A stretch of DNA of 64,000 nt from contig OX597822.1 of assembly GCA_951406725.2 (NCBI GenBank), forward strand, positions 69,750,001 through 69,814,000, read 5' to 3'. Source of the stretch: Octopus vulgaris. Lineage: Eukaryota. Of this stretch, positions 26,500-40,961 are shown one piece after another; within the stretch, counting starts at the first letter, position 1; each line of letters opens with the position of its first letter. The notes below the pieces were generated by a model. That model worked only from the letters and a program-made list of their open reading frames with translations, had not been told where the DNA came from and searched no databases. A program made the position numbers and the translations under genes.

Positions 26500-26990
26500 A
26501 TATATATATATATAGTGTGAGTGAGAGAGAGACAATTTGACTGAGTGAGAGAGATATGAGAGAGAGATAGATAATTTGACTGAGAGAGAGATAATTTGAA
26601 TTAGAGATAAATGGAGTGAGAGAGAGATAATTTTAGTGTGAGAGAGAGATAATTTCAGTGACAGAGAGATAATTTGAGAGCGAGAGAGAGAGATAATCTG
26701 AGTGAGGGAGAGAGATCATTTGAGTGCGAGATAATTTGAGTGAGAGAGACAAATAATTTGAGTGAAAGAGAGAGATAACTTGAGTGAAAGAGAGAGATAA
26801 CTTGAGTGAAAGAGAGAGATAACTTGAGTGAAAGAGAGAGATAACTTGAGTGAAAGAGAGAGATAACTTGAGTGAAAGAGAGAGATAACTTGAGTGAAAG
26901 TGAAAGATAATTTGAGTGGGAGAGAAAGAGGTAATCTGAGAGAGAGAGAGAGATATATAATTTGAGAGAGAGAAAGAGATATGTGAGCAA
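26500..26990 (-). repeat. Same minisatellite motif in the opposite orientation (22-nt unit gagagagataacttgagtgaaa)
   Basis: Reverse complement of the tcactcaagttatctctctc motif seen at 22.3-25.9 kb. Confidence 0.85.
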
Positions 26991-27246
26991 AGGAAATATA
27001 TACAAAATGTAGGAGAGACTTTGTGAGAGTAAGAGAAATTATGAGAAAGAGAGGATGTGAATGGAAGAGACAGATAATGTGAATGAGAGGAGGAGAAAGA
27101 TGTGAATGAGAGAGAGAAAATGCAAGACAAAAACAACACAAGTGAAACAGAGATAAAGAGAGAGAGAAAGTAAATGTAAGAGAGATAATGTGACTGAAAG
27201 AGAGATAATGTAAATGAAAGCAAGAGAAAAAAAACTATTTCCTTAC

Positions 27247-27375
27247 TTTAAGTATACGCCCACTGAGGCCAGTAATTTCATTCTGATTAACTTCAACAAC
27301 AGTTGATGTGTCAACATCTCCAGAACCTGTTGTATCGATGAGATCAAGAATTTTGGGTTTGCCATCACTGGTTAC
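27247..27375 (-). CDS. TPP2: TPP2 exon 2 ([43 protein letters not shown])
   Basis: ttgcag acceptor and AAA|gtaagg donor; 129 nt, phase 0/0. Contains the TPP2 motif [15 protein letters not shown]. Confidence 0.96.
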
Positions 27376-28290
27376 CTGCAAGAGAAACAATTTTGGGGTG
27401 ATGAAAATAAGAAACACTCATGGACATGACAGAAAGATATTGTTAAAAGCTGTTAAAAGAAGATTTATTCAAAGGAGACATTTGAAAATCATGATTAATG
27501 CCTTGCCTGAACTGATAAATAAATAAATGAAGAAAGATCAGCACGTAAAAGCACCCACTACACTCTCAGAGTGGTTGGCATTAGGAAGGGCATCCAGCTG
27601 TAGAAACTCTGCCAGATCAGATTGGAGCCTGTTGCAACCATCTAGTTCGCTAGTCCTCAGCCAAATCGTCCAACCCATGCTAGCATGGAAAGCGGATGTC
27701 AAACAATGATGAGGATGATGAATAGGCACAGATGTTGCTATGTGTTTAAGAAGTTTGCTTTTCAACCACATGGTTTTAGGTTCAGTCCCACAATATGGTG
27801 CATCATAGCCCTAGGTTCAACTAAAGCCTTATGAATGGATTTGGTAGACAGAAAACTGTAAGCCCATCCTTATGTGTGTGTGTATGTGTTTCCTTCTCTT
27901 GACATCACGTGACAGGTGTAAATGGTTGTCACTGTCAAACAAGCAGTGTCATTCATTTCCAATATTCTGCAAACATGTCTGGCCATGGGAAATATGACCC
28001 TGCCTGGAAACAGGTGAAGCTTGGCAACAGGAAGAGCATCTGGCCAGAGAAAATCTGTCTTTTTTTTTTTTTTTACTTGTTTTAGTCATTTGACTGTGGC
28101 CATGCTGGAACACCACCTTTAGTCAACCAAATCAACCCCAGGACTTATTTTTTGTAAGCCCAGTACTTATTCTATCGGTCTCTTTTGCCGAGCCGCTAAG
28201 TTACGGGGATGTAAACACACCAGCATCGGTTGTCAAGCGATGTTGGGGGAACAAACACAGACACACACATACATATATATGTATATATAT

Positions 28291-28634
28291 ATATTAATAA
28301 AAGGAATTCCAACCTTGTCTGATTTTCACGTTTTATTTACAATCTTATAATGATATAATATAATATAATATAATAAAATAAAATAGTAGAATGTTAAATG
28401 TTCATTCTGATTGAACTAGTACTTTCATGCATTAAATTCTGCAATCTTCAGGTTCATGTAGTAGTGGTGACAGTCATGCTTCACATTCAATCAGAATGAA
28501 CATTTAACATTCTACTATTTTATTTTATTATATTATATTATATCATTATAAGATTGTAAATAAAACGTGAAAATCAGACAAGGTTGGAATTCCTTTTATT
28601 AATATATTCTTCTATACACAATCACACACACCCG
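28291..28634. mobile_element. Fold-back Penelope-like element inserted in the internal (TA)n of a family-A SINE (28070-28935, minus)
   Basis: Arms at 28291-28415 and 28486-28605, plus a ~29-nt tail. The host SINE halves resume on both sides. Confidence 0.75.
28412..28456 (-). ncRNA. Minimal type I hammerhead ribozyme
   Basis: UGAAC-CUGAAGA-u-UGCA(gaauuuaa)UGCA-u-GAAA-GUAC-UA|GUUCA. Palindromic stem III AGUACU. U-U mismatch at the base of stem II. Confidence 0.72.
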
Positions 28635-28642
28635 TATATATA

Positions 28643-28681
<39 letters not shown>

Positions 28682-31600
28682 CATTGGTTTATGTCTATCA
28701 CTGTTTGAGTTGCATAATAGTGGTTTTATCTATAATTCATATTTTATATATACATATATATACACACATATATACGACGGGCTTCTTTCAGTTTCCGTCT
28801 ACCAAATCCACTCACAAGGCTTTGATCAGCCCAAGGCTATAGAAGACACTTGCCCAAGGTGCCATGCAGTGGGACTGAACTTGGAACCATGTGCTTCATT
28901 AGCAAGCTACTTACCACACAGCCACTCTTATGCCTCAATAAACTCTATCCAACCCAAGCAGGTATGGCAGTGTGAATGTTAAACAATGATAACAATGGCG
29001 ATGATGTACAACATTCGTTCGTTTGTATATTTATGTCTGTTTTCCTATGCAAGCATGAGTTAAATGAATGCTTATTATTACTGAGACCTTTTTTTCACAG
29101 CCAGATACCCTTCCTGTTTTTCAAGTAGAGGCATTTTCATTTCACTTGTCTTTGGAAGCACAGAGCTGCCAGACAATTTGTTGACAAGGAAACGTCAGCA
29201 AATGTCACCATATGTAGCTCATTGGTTCTCATGCAAAATGCAGGAAGTAAATATTTACACCATCATGTATATACACACACACACACATATACTCAATGTC
29301 ATTTTCAAAATGAATCAGTGCGACAATAAGTGAGAAGACAGGGCCTTTGAATTACAAGCCATGTGCATTTGGTGGGGTTCCACACATTTTCCATTTTCCC
29401 AATTTCCCTCAGGCTAACTTGAGTCTGTGGTAAAAGATACCGTCCAAAATGCCATGCAGCAAGATCAAAGCCAATATCTCACATTTGCAAAGCAAGCTTC
29501 TTAAATATTCTGCATATTGTCCATACAAATTACTGAAGAAGACCCATGCTTCTCAAGAAGACCCATGCTTCTTAAGAAGACCCATACTCTACAGCAGATG
29601 TGTTAAGGCCATTCTCCCTGTGCCAGTGCCACATAAAAGTACTCGTGCAGTGCCATGTAAAACCACTCAGCACATTTTGTAAAGTGGTTGATGTTAGGAA
29701 AAGCATCCAGCCATAAAAACCATGCCAAAACAAACAACTGGGGCCTGGTGCTGCTCTCCAGCTTGCCAGCTCTGGTCAAACCATCCAACCCATAGACAAC
29801 AGACATTAAATGATGATGATGATGATGATGATGATTAACTATCAGTCATGTTGAATGACAATGTTGATGTCACATTGAAAACATATCTTTCTCTCTTTGT
29901 AATACAATCTCTGGAGTATTAGGACTCAATAGGATACAATGCCTAGAGATCAGAGTCTCTCTAGGCTGAACCACTACTTCTTTGCATTGAGAGAGAGAGA
30001 TGACAGTATTTCAGACATGTGGTTAGACTGCAACAACAAAGTCTTGCAAAACAGATTCTTAACGCTAAACCAACCAGCAGAAGCCTAGGGGTAGATTGTA
30101 AGAGAGATGATCAGATACTGTTCATAGTCTCAGTTTATCACAATTAGGAATCCAGCAGGAAAGTTTCATGACATTTGCTTACAACAGAATTCTATGGAGG
30201 AGATGTCTAACCTGAGGATTCTATCCCTATGACCTTCCCAGAAATAGGGTGTGGCAAAAATTGACGATACCTACAATCCTGTCTTTTCAATATCGCCAAA
30301 AATGAAAAGAAGAAAGAAAAAAGCAAACTTTACCACCACAATAGCTGGTAAATAACAAGGTGAAGAGGGTTGTACTCAGGAAGCAGATAATATTGTCGGA
30401 ATGGGGTGGATGAAAATGACAAGAACTGATATAAGCGTATGCCTGTCACAGCATATATCCTATTTCCCTGATGTTCACTATTATATCTGTGGTACTGAAG
30501 TGTTTCTCAGAGATAGTTTGTAAGGGTTTGTCTCATATAAATTACTAAAGGAAAACTCATAACTTTTACTCACTCTGCATTAATCTATTAATCAATAATC
30601 AAAACCATGACTGATTCTCAAATCAAATGTATATCTGTGGCCAGGTGATAACTTATCAGTAAATTGAGCCCAAGAAACAATTCCAATCCCAAATAAGAAC
30701 CATACCAATTAATTCCCTCAAGTCTTTAAATGAAAAAAAATATGAGCATCACAATTTCCCATTTGCTCTCTTCCTATAAACCTGAGGCATTATGCTTTGC
30801 AAATCATTTTTGACAGAAAGGGAATTTAATTTTTTTGTTTGACTTTCAGAGCTTAAATGCCACTGGAGTTAATTTCGTCCTTTTTCCCTTCTAGGGTTAA
30901 TGAAATAAGTCCCAATCATGTACAGGGGTCAATTTAATTCATTACACTTTTTACCCCAAATTTAAGGCCATATTCATATAGCCGAAATTATCTTTGTTTT
31001 ACCAAGTGGTTGGTATCTGCCATAAGGTCCAGCCCTTGTGGCAGTCTGGTGGTTCATGTACCTCAATGACCCTGAGAGCTATGCTGCAGAGCCCAAGCTG
31101 CTGGTAGGGCCTAACCATACTGGTCAGGTAAACAGATAAAGGTCAGGTTGATATGGATTAAAATGGGTTTGTGAAGAGTCTACCAAGAAAAAAACCTAAG
31201 TTACAGAAGCCTTATTAATAACAATTCAAAAGCAACAGGATTTGCGAGAAAGGTTTTCCCTCAGGGAAAAGTCAACTCAAAATCAAGAACACTGAAGAAA
31301 CATTACTAATGAGCTATGCTCCGTAGGAAGAAAACAGCTAATGTAAACAGTGAACATAATATAAATTCTTCATTTCAGAAATATAGAATTATATTAAGAC
31401 ATCTTTTATTAACTTAATGGCCACACAATCAAGACCTAATCAACAGCTTTACAAGAGGAAGAAGCATTTTCAAATATGAGCACAAGCATGGAGGTGTGGT
31501 GAAGATGCTTGCTTCACAACCATGTGATTTCAAGTTCAATCCTCATGCACAGCACTTTGGACAAGTGCCTTCTATCATAGCCCTGGGTTGATCAGTATCT

Positions 31601-32262
31601 TATGAATGGAATCTGGTAAACAGAAACTGTATGGAGGCCTATTATGAAGTTCACATTGCATACATTCACATGGAAAAACTTAGTTCCTACAAACACTGAT
31701 TGGCAAATGTCGTCATCGTTGTCATCATTATCATCATCATCATTGTTTTTACATCCACTTTTTCCCTGCTAGCAAAGAGTTAGATGAATCTTTGAGGCAG
31801 TATTCTTGTATATCCTTTCCTGATACCAGCACTTGTTTTTTAAGCAAGGTGCTTTATTTACTCCCGTGGCTTCACGCATGAAACTGCCATGCTGCTAGAT
31901 CCCATTTATGTCTCAGACACATTCTCCATCTACAAAATCTATACACAAAGCTTTGGTTGGTCTGGCACTAAAGTAGAAGACATTTGCTCAAGGTGTCACA
32001 GTGAAACTGAACCCAAGACCACATGGTTGGGAAGCAAACTTCTTAAACCACACAACCACACCTATGCCACATATCAATAATATGTCCAAGTTGATTTAAA
32101 CAACTACAAACTTAATCTTATAAAACTAGTAAATAAATATCAATGTACAGGACTGTAAAGACAGTCGTGGGGCAGTATTGGCATAAATGTCTTATGGCAT
32201 CTGAAATCCATCACTTCATTCTTTTCGATTCCAATCTTACTAAAACAGATTTTGCATCTTAA

Positions 32263-32480
32263 CCCTTTTGTTACTAACCTGGCGAAAACCGGCTCTGGCT
32301 GTGGTAAAATGTCTCGTTTTCATAAGTTTTGAATTAAAATATTCCACCAAGCCTTAGTCACAATTTATATTCCTAACACTAGCTTAATGATAACTAAGTT
32401 ATTTTACTAAATTCTTTGTTATATTTAAAATAGTTGAAAGAAACACAGAGCATCTCAAAATAAATACAGTAATGAAAGGG
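32263..32480. mobile_element. piggyBac-type MITE
   Basis: TTAA on both sides (32259-32262 and 32481-32484); TIRs cccttttgttac / gtaatgaaaggg. Confidence 0.8.
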
Positions 32481-33783
32481 TTAAACACTACCAACACCAC
32501 CAAGGAGAAAAATAAGCCAATGTATATCAGAGTGTAGCTACTCCTCAAACTTAAAGATGTTTTGTTAAAAAAAACGTATCAATTAATACTAACTGGGCAA
32601 AAAAATAAATAAATAAATAAAACCTATTTCAAATTGGTTGACTACAACAGTGATTCTAAAACTGAAGGCTGCAATTCTTGAGAGGGTCATGACAAACTGT
32701 AAGGCAAACCACATAACTTTATGTAAGGAGGAAATGAAGACGTGATATGTGGTTTATAAAAGAAGCACAGAACTAAATATCTTGAAGAATGGGAATAACT
32801 GATTAAACCAATCCCAGGACTAACTTTACTGTTCTTATTTTATCAACCAGAAAGATGGAACACAAAACTGACCTCAGCAGGATTTGAACTCAGAACATAA
32901 ATATTGCAAAGCATTTTGTCTAACATACTTTTATTTGAACACCCGATATAAAACCACTTCCCACAATGGCACCTTGGGCAAGTGTTTTCTACAATAGTCT
33001 TGGGCCGACCAAAGCTTTGTGAGTGGATTTGAGAAACTGAAAGAAGCCCATCGTATATATGTATATATGTGTGTGTGTGTGTGTGTTTGTGTGTCTGTGT
33101 TTGTCCTCCCAACATCGCTTGACAACTGATGCTGGTGTGTTTACATCCCCATAACTTAGTGATTCAGCAAAAGAGACCGATGGAATAAGTACTAAGCTTA
33201 CAAAGTCCTGGGGTCGACTTATTTGACTAGAGGCGGTGCTCCAGCATGGCCGCAGTCACATGACTGAAACCAGTAAAAGAGTAAAGAGTAATACAGCATC
33301 TCTACTCAAATGAGGGGGTATAGTCTTATGAGTTACTTGGTTACCTCACTAGTGCCAGAGCCATGAAAAAAATGCACCCAGTACACTTTGTAAAGGGGCT
33401 GACATCAGGAAGGGCATCCAGCCACAGAAACCATGTTTTAATGGACACTAGGGTTCAATGCAGTCCTCTGGCTCATCAGATGCTGATGAACTGTCTAACC
33501 ATGCCAACATGGAAGACAGATGTTAATTGATGAGGATTCTACCAGTTCTGATAAGTCACCACTCTTGAATAATTCATTGCTCAGAAGTTTGCACATTTGT
33601 TTTTCTATTCTAGCCGGGGTTGCACAAATATATTATTGAGGCACTGTTTTACAACTGGATGCCCTTCCTATTGCCAACCCATAACTGTTTCTGAAGTGAG
33701 GAATATCAAATTCCACATGTTATCAGAGACACAAAGCTAGTGGACAGCAACACAAATGACAGCAATGCCATAAACCACAGTTA

Positions 33784-33995
33784 CTCTTTTAATTTTACTC
33801 GTTTCAGTCATTTGACTGTGGCCATGCTAGAGCACTGCCTTTAGTTGACCAAATTGACCCCAAGACTTATTCTTTGTAAGCCTAGTACTTATTATATCGG
33901 TCTCTTTTGCCGAACCGCTAAGTTACAGGGGATGTAAACACACCAGCATCGGTTGTCAAGCGATGTTGGGGGGACAAACAAAGACACACAAACAT

Positions 33996-34040
<45 letters not shown>

Positions 34041-34206
34041 TACGACAAGCTTCTTTTCAGTTTCCGTCTACCAAATCCACTCACAAGGCTTTGGTCGGCC
34101 CGAGGCTATAGTAGAAGACACTTGCCCAAGGTGTCACGCAGTGGGACTGAACCCAGAACCATGTGGTTGGTAAACAAGCTACTTACCACACAGCCACTCC
34201 TGCGCC
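33784..34206 (-). mobile_element. Full-length family-A tRNA-derived SINE
   Basis: Reverse complement of 42824-43173. tRNA-like head with A and B boxes, CORE-like ccttgggcaagtgtcttc, internal TA/TG microsatellite. Further copies near 640-1000, 32970-33290, 54130-54345, 60699-61063 and 61360-62378. Confidence 0.85.
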
Positions 34207-37199
34207 TATAGTTAAGTGATTTTTGGAGAAGAGCAAATGTAAATACACAACCATACATACACACACACAATAGACTTCTTTCAATTTCCATCCACCAATT
34301 CCATTTTTTTTTCTTTAAGTTACATAAAAATTAATAGTCCTCTTCTCAAACAATAGTACTCACAGCTCAGTGAAAAAAAAAAAAGAAAAGAAATTTGAGA
34401 AGATATTTTCACTCTAACCAATAGGCAGCTTGCTGAACCCTGTCAAAGTCTACACCTACCATATTTAATACTAAATACAACTACTTTTTATGTTGACTTT
34501 GGTCAGTAAATACATTTTTTTCACTATCCACAAATATTTGCAGCACTGAGAAGATATCACTTTTGTAATTTAAAACCAGTATAGAGAATCATTTAAATCT
34601 AAAGACACAATCAATATCTTCTTTCTTACCCAACATCCTTTTTGTACATTATTTCTGGGTTTTCTTTTAAAATGAATATCATTTGTAATTTTAATATCAT
34701 CGTTATTCTCACTTTGCACCCACTTGTCCATGCTGGGATGGGTTAAAAGTGTCGTTACTATCCAACTCAGTTCTTGTACAAAGTTACTAACTTCCTAAAT
34801 AAGACGGGAACCACATCTTTCTACAACTGGATGCCCTTCCCATCACCAATCACTTTAGAGAGTATGCTGGGCACCGTTTATCACGGCAATAAAGAGGTTA
34901 TCATGTTCCAGCAAGAGCAAAGTGTCTGTACTCATCTACATGTATTGAATGTCAGCTAATCAAAATAGCCCGAACAAGGACAAGAGAACTTAACTAAAAC
35001 TATTAATGATTAAAGCAAACAAAATAGAGACAAGATGAGAGAAACATTTAATAACAATATGTTCAGTTGACAGAAGATATTAAAAGCGAACAACCAAAGA
35101 TCAATTATACTGAGTATATTACCCTCTGAGATGAGAGATTTTATAAGATATGGGGTGATTAAGAAGTCCCTTTTTAAGTACTTTAAATAATATATAAAAT
35201 ATTTATTATTTTCTTCTGTCTGTTTTATTTTTAAATATTCATAATATGCCATCATGTCTATTTTGTTGTGAATATCTTTGCATATTAATATTTATCGTGG
35301 TTGCGTGGTTAAGAAGTCTGCTTCCCAACCTTGTAGTCTTAAGTTCAGTCCCACTGCATGGCACTATAAGCTAATATCATCTGCTATAGCCCTGGAATTT
35401 GGTAAATGGAAACTGAAAGAAACCCATCATATGTGTGTGTATATATATATATATATATATTGGCCTGCTCGCTTAGCCAGCGGGGTGACGTCATTGAAGA
35501 CTAAAACAATGCGAAGCGCATTGTGACCAGCGATGTGTAGCAACATCTGATGGCCTGGTCAGTCATGTGATATACCCATGTGATATATATATTTACGTAT
35601 GTATGTATATATGTATGTATGTATGTATGTATAGGGGTGTATGTGGTATATGGGTGTATGTGTATGTTTGTGTGGCCCATGAGACATCACATGGTGGTTA
35701 TAAATGAGCATAATCATATAAGCAAAGCTGTTTGTTTCCAGTCTTCCATGAAAAACATATCTAGCTATGAAGAGGGTTGGCAACAGCAAGGGCATCTGGC
35801 TATAGAAAATCTGCCTCAACAAATTCCATCTGACCCAAGCCAGCATGGAAAATGATGGTGTTAAATGATGACGTGTGTGTGTGTGTGTCATTATTAAAAG
35901 ACAAGAGAATATTCATTACCCTAAAAATGGCTCAATATATCAGTGACCTTGTTCAGTTGCCTGGGTATACCTTAGTTCAACTGCCCCAGGGTGGTTCAGA
36001 AAACTGGCAGTAAGAGCAGTAGAACAGTAAGCAAACTATCCTGGAATCCCTGAGCTGTGACAATCAATGGGAGGAGGCACAGGAGCTAAAAAAAAGTTTG
36101 ATGAATGCAGTGGGGGAGGTGGGTGAAGGACATGGTGAGGAAGTAGGTGAGAGGGAAAGACAGATGGGAAGAGGAAGATGAGTTGTAGATTAAGAAGCCC
36201 AATAAACCTCAATTGTTAGCCAGTTTCTATTAATGCTAAAATGACATTTGGGTTACTCTGTACATCTCTAGAGAAAGAAGAAAATCACTTGTAATTCATA
36301 TTTAGTGAAAAATTAAGCTATTAAAACAACAGGAAAATTATCATCATTATTGTTTAACGTCCGTTTTTCCATGCTGACATGGGTTGGACAGTTCGACTGG
36401 GGTCTGGGAAACCAGGAGGCTGCACCAGGCTCCAATCTGATCTGGCAGTCTTTCTACAGCTGGATGCCCTTCCTAATGCCAACCACTCCAAGAATGTAGT
36501 GGGTGCTTTTTACGTGCCACCAGCATAGGGGCCAGAGGGGGCTGGCATTGACCCATTTGAATGGTGCAATGCCATCATTATCAGCATTGTTTGACGTCTA
36601 TTTTCCATGCTGGCATGGGTTGGACAGTTTGACAGAAGCTGGCCAACTGGGGAGCTGTCCAAACTCCAATTGTCTGTTGTGGAATGGTTTCTACTTCTGG
36701 ACACCCTTCCAAATGCCAACCACTTTACAGAGTGTGCTGGGTGCTTTTTATGTGCCACTGACACAAAAGAAAAGCTGGGCCAGTATGAGGATCAAACCCA
36801 CGACATTCGTGTTATTAGCACAATGCTGTAATCAACTGAATTAACCAGGCAACTACATATGTGTGTGTGTGTTGAAGAAACCTTTACAGGGTCACTTGAG
36901 CTGCTAAAATTAGCAATCAAATAAACTTCAAGCCATGTACAACCATTAAAAGTGTACACAGAATAATGTAAATCTAGGTACACTATGCCTAAAAAAAACA
37001 GAGATGAGATAATCACCCCTTTGACTACAGATATGCTCAACCACATATTATTTCATTTTACTCTATGCTGGTATGGGTAGGACCTGATTCTCCCAGACTA
37101 AGTCAGTTCTTGCTTGGTGTTACTGCCCTACTAGAGAGTGTAGAGACCATATCTCACTTGTACTTTCCATTTTTATCATGGTTTCTATGACAAAAAGCA

Positions 37200-38690
37200 C
37201 CTCGTCCATGTTGTAAAGTGGTTGGCATTAAGAAAGGCAGTCACTTTGCTTGCTAATTCCATCTCCTAGATAACAAGAGCTATCAACTACTTCTAGTGAG
37301 TTGTCTGAGCATTTAAGAAACTCAATTTCAGCTGTGTTCATATGAACCATTCCAGTGCATCTACTGCAAATGAAGCTTACATTTCGGTAATGTACTAGTG
37401 ATTCCACTACATCTCTTATATGTCCATAGCCTACATCAAGTATAGCACTTGAAGTTTATACCTACTCCTTTTCCGCATTTCAAGTAAGGCCCTTTCTCTG
37501 AAGTTACTAGGATTCGGTCTTCTTTCCTACTTACCAAAACCTTCATCTTTCCTAGGTTTTCTTTGAGGCCCCTCAATTCCAGGTTTACCTTCCATGCTTG
37601 CGATTTCTTTTCTAATTCCCCTACAGTTGTGAGAACTATAGGAGTTCCATAAACAATCAAAAACTCCACTATGATGGCCTGTATGACTATGATGAATAGA
37701 AAAAGACTAAGGACTGAATCTTGATGGACTCTTACTTTCCCACCAAATTCATCACTGAAGTCACAACCAACTCTCACTTTACTTGCAGCACCCTTGTACA
37801 TAGCTTGAACTGCTCACACAAGCCATTCCTCTACTCCTAGTTTCCTCAGTACCCACCAGATTACTGAATATACTACCCTGTCAAATGCTTTATCCAAATC
37901 AACAAAAACCAAGTACAGCAGTTTATTCTTAGCTAGGTATTTCTTCAGCAATTGCCTCAATAAGAAGATTGCATCTTCCAGGGACAAAACCAAACTACAA
38001 CTCATCCAGGTCTACTCTATCACAGATTAATTAGGCTATGACCTTCATAACTTGATCTAAGTTTGATAACCCTACAGTTGCTTCTCTCTAAAGTACCAGC
38101 TTTGCCCATGTAGCAATTTACAATGATACTGCTGTACAACACGCTCTTGAATGACTCGATTAACTATCCAGATAGTAATCATATATCACACTTCCCAGAT
38201 ATTTTTAAGTATCTCTGCAACTGTCATAGATGGACCCCAGTTTCCCCCATCCATTCTTCATACCCTAGATCACTATCTACCACGCTGTTGTTGACTTGAA
38301 TCACTGGTCCTTCTATTCTGTCAGCATGGAGTAATCCTTGTTTATTCCATGTTCAGCAGCTTTTCATAATAGCATTTCCACACCAGTTTCTTTTGTTTCA
38401 TATCAATAGCAAGCTTGCTGTCATCATTTCAAACAACCTTCTCACTTATGACATCTTGGTACTCTCTCACACACTGCCTTACAATCCTGAGTACTTCCCA
38501 CCTTTGATCCTCACATTGCAGGACATCAGAAAATCTCTTCTTTTCTGCCTCACCTTTAGCCAAGTACACCTAACAACTAGATGCCCATCTAGTGATTAAG
38601 TGCTCCCTAGCATCACCATCCTTCCTGTCTTTTCAAGCCTGTCTCTTAGCCTTAACTGCCCTAGGAACCTTATCATTTCACCATCATTGT
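37200..38690 (-). mobile_element. Degenerate RTE-clade LINE reverse transcriptase
   Basis: DAIFLLRQL..KYL..LYLVFVDLDKAFDRV..IWWVLRKLGVEEWLV; VRVHQDSVLSLFLFIIVIQAI; GLKENLGKMKVLVS. Confidence 0.85.
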
Positions 38691-40799
38691 TACTTTTAGT
38701 TTGACTAGGATTTTGCTCACTCAAGCTACATGTCAAATCTATTACCCAAAGCAGGTTATCTATAAATGACATTTTTTTTTCAAATACTAAGTTTGATCAT
38801 AAATCTTGTTCACTCAGAAAGTAGTTTTCTTGTGTATGTTAGTAAAAGATGAATTACGAAATTATCCATCTCATTTTTCTGAAACATCTCACTAACCAAT
38901 ATGCAAAAATCCTTCCTCCTTAAAACCTTAAACTGCCAACATCTGTCTCCCTTTATTGTGTTAATCGAGTAAAATTGTCTCCCGGTCTAGTTTTAAGAGT
39001 GTCAGAAACAAAAATTATTTTTAAAAGGCTGTACTTCCATTGAAAAATTAAATTTTAAATCAAAACGTTTAGTTCTTCAGTTGGGAAATAAAGATTGTGA
39101 GAGTAAATAAAAGACCTTTCAATACAACTTGACAATCCAAATTTGGAAGGAGTCAATACAGTTTTTTATACCCCATTTTTTCTTTCTTTCTTTTTTCATA
39201 TACCACTGTGTATTAAATGCAGGCGACGAGAAAAGCAATGCCCCCGGCAGATATGCATTTTAGTTGACAACGTCCGTATCCCACTAGATATTTTTTCATC
39301 ACGAGCTTGTAATGATTATGTCACGGGTTCTTCACTCGTCTTGCATCATCGTTGAATTTAAGAGGTTATAAGAACTTTCTGTCATCGTGACAGACGAGAA
39401 TGTGTCATACAGCGATCAATATACAACAACGCAAAACTTTGTAAAGTATCTAATTCAACTTCAAATAATTCAGACAAGGGTATTCTGAAATGCCTGGTCA
39501 TTGTGTGACTCACGCTACTCATGACATGAGAAATTAAACTTTGCCTAAATGCTAAACTTTCAAACAAAATCGATTTAAAATCAAAATACGAATATATTGA
39601 ATGTACGTGGACATCTGGATTAATCAATAATTTTAACAACTAAAATGTATACAATATTCACAAGCAAAGTTAGAGAGGAGCATCAGATACAATTAACCTT
39701 ACAATATTTTGTTATGTTTCTTGGAAGCAATTTCAGATGTGTGGGACTTTAAATTATGGATATTTACACGGGCAGAAGTTTGCAACTAGTAATGGAGATT
39801 GCATCCGGGATAACTAACCTAGAACATAGTAACTGTTGTATGTGAACGTATGAATAGTATATATACACGTAGGATATTGATAAAGTCAAATGCTACAGGA
39901 ATCTGAGATCAGACCATTTGTTTGTACAATATAGAAGGAATTCGGGAGTATAAACAGCCACACAATATGGCATATTAATAACCAAGAAGGTAAAAGCTGA
40001 ACGGTCTTGGAGAATGACGACATTTACCTTTACGTATTTTGACAACTTTTCCTAAGGTTATTCTCTTTACTTCCGCTAATTGAACAATCGGTGCGTGATG
40101 GGAGTTTTCTTTTATATAGATGTAGGTTTCTTGTTCTACATGCACAGACATTAACATGGTGATGAGGCAGCAGGTGAAATACGCTAAAAAAAGTTGTCAA
40201 AATATAGTAGGGTACGCAAAGATAAAAAAATGCCGAAAGTTATTACTATTTCCTAACCCCTAAAAGGTACTTTAAAATTATCATCTGACAAAAAATAAAG
40301 AGAGACGAAATCAGAAAAAGAGAACAAGTTGCTAAATTAACTATTTAAAGACACTTCTTTACTTTCGTAATCATTGCAGCAGGATTAAAAAGAAAAATAA
40401 ACAAATAAAACAAATTAAAAGATATAGCCATTCATTTTTTTTTTAATCTGCATTAAGGGTGATGATAAATTGTAAAATAAGAGGTATGGTCATAAAATAG
40501 GGGATAAATATATAATTGATCACAATTATAAATAGAACCCCCATTTTGTAACCATTATTGAGGGATCTTGACCAAAAAAGGTACATGTACTTTAACGGAT
40601 GTCTAATTGATAAAATGTTTAGTCAGCAAATAATTTGTGATTGGGCTTGGTTAACTCGGGTTATATTAAATCTATTTTATTAACCAGAATATAACATATT
40701 TCATTTTAATTTTGACAATTAAAGCTTTAGCAACGAACTATACTACACATGGCTAATACACACCTACACATATAAGGAGGAAAAAAAATCTAGCTCTAC

Positions 40800-40961
40800 C
40801 TGTAAACCAGCAGCACCAGGATCAACTCCAGTATCTAATACAGCGATTAAGATTCCTCTACCATCGTAGTCAGGATACTTGGCGAGAAATGAAGTTGAAC
40901 CAGTTTCTTTTTTTGGTAAAAGACCTTCGACAGGGAAAACTGTATCTGCCGATGACGCCAT
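40800..40961 (-). CDS. TPP2: Tripeptidyl-peptidase II, coding exon 1 ([21 protein letters not shown]...[16 protein letters not shown])
   Basis: ATG at 40961; 54 codons. Contains the subtilase catalytic Asp motif VLDTGVDP and the TPP2 N-terminal motif [13 protein letters not shown]. Donor CAG|GTAGAG, phase 0. Confidence 0.96.

Noticed and set aside
39143-40260. Repeat-free, CpG-retaining stretch in intron 1 with short ORFs
   Set aside because: No recognisable protein motif or convincing splice-site pair; TPP2 exons 1 and 2 join in frame without it.
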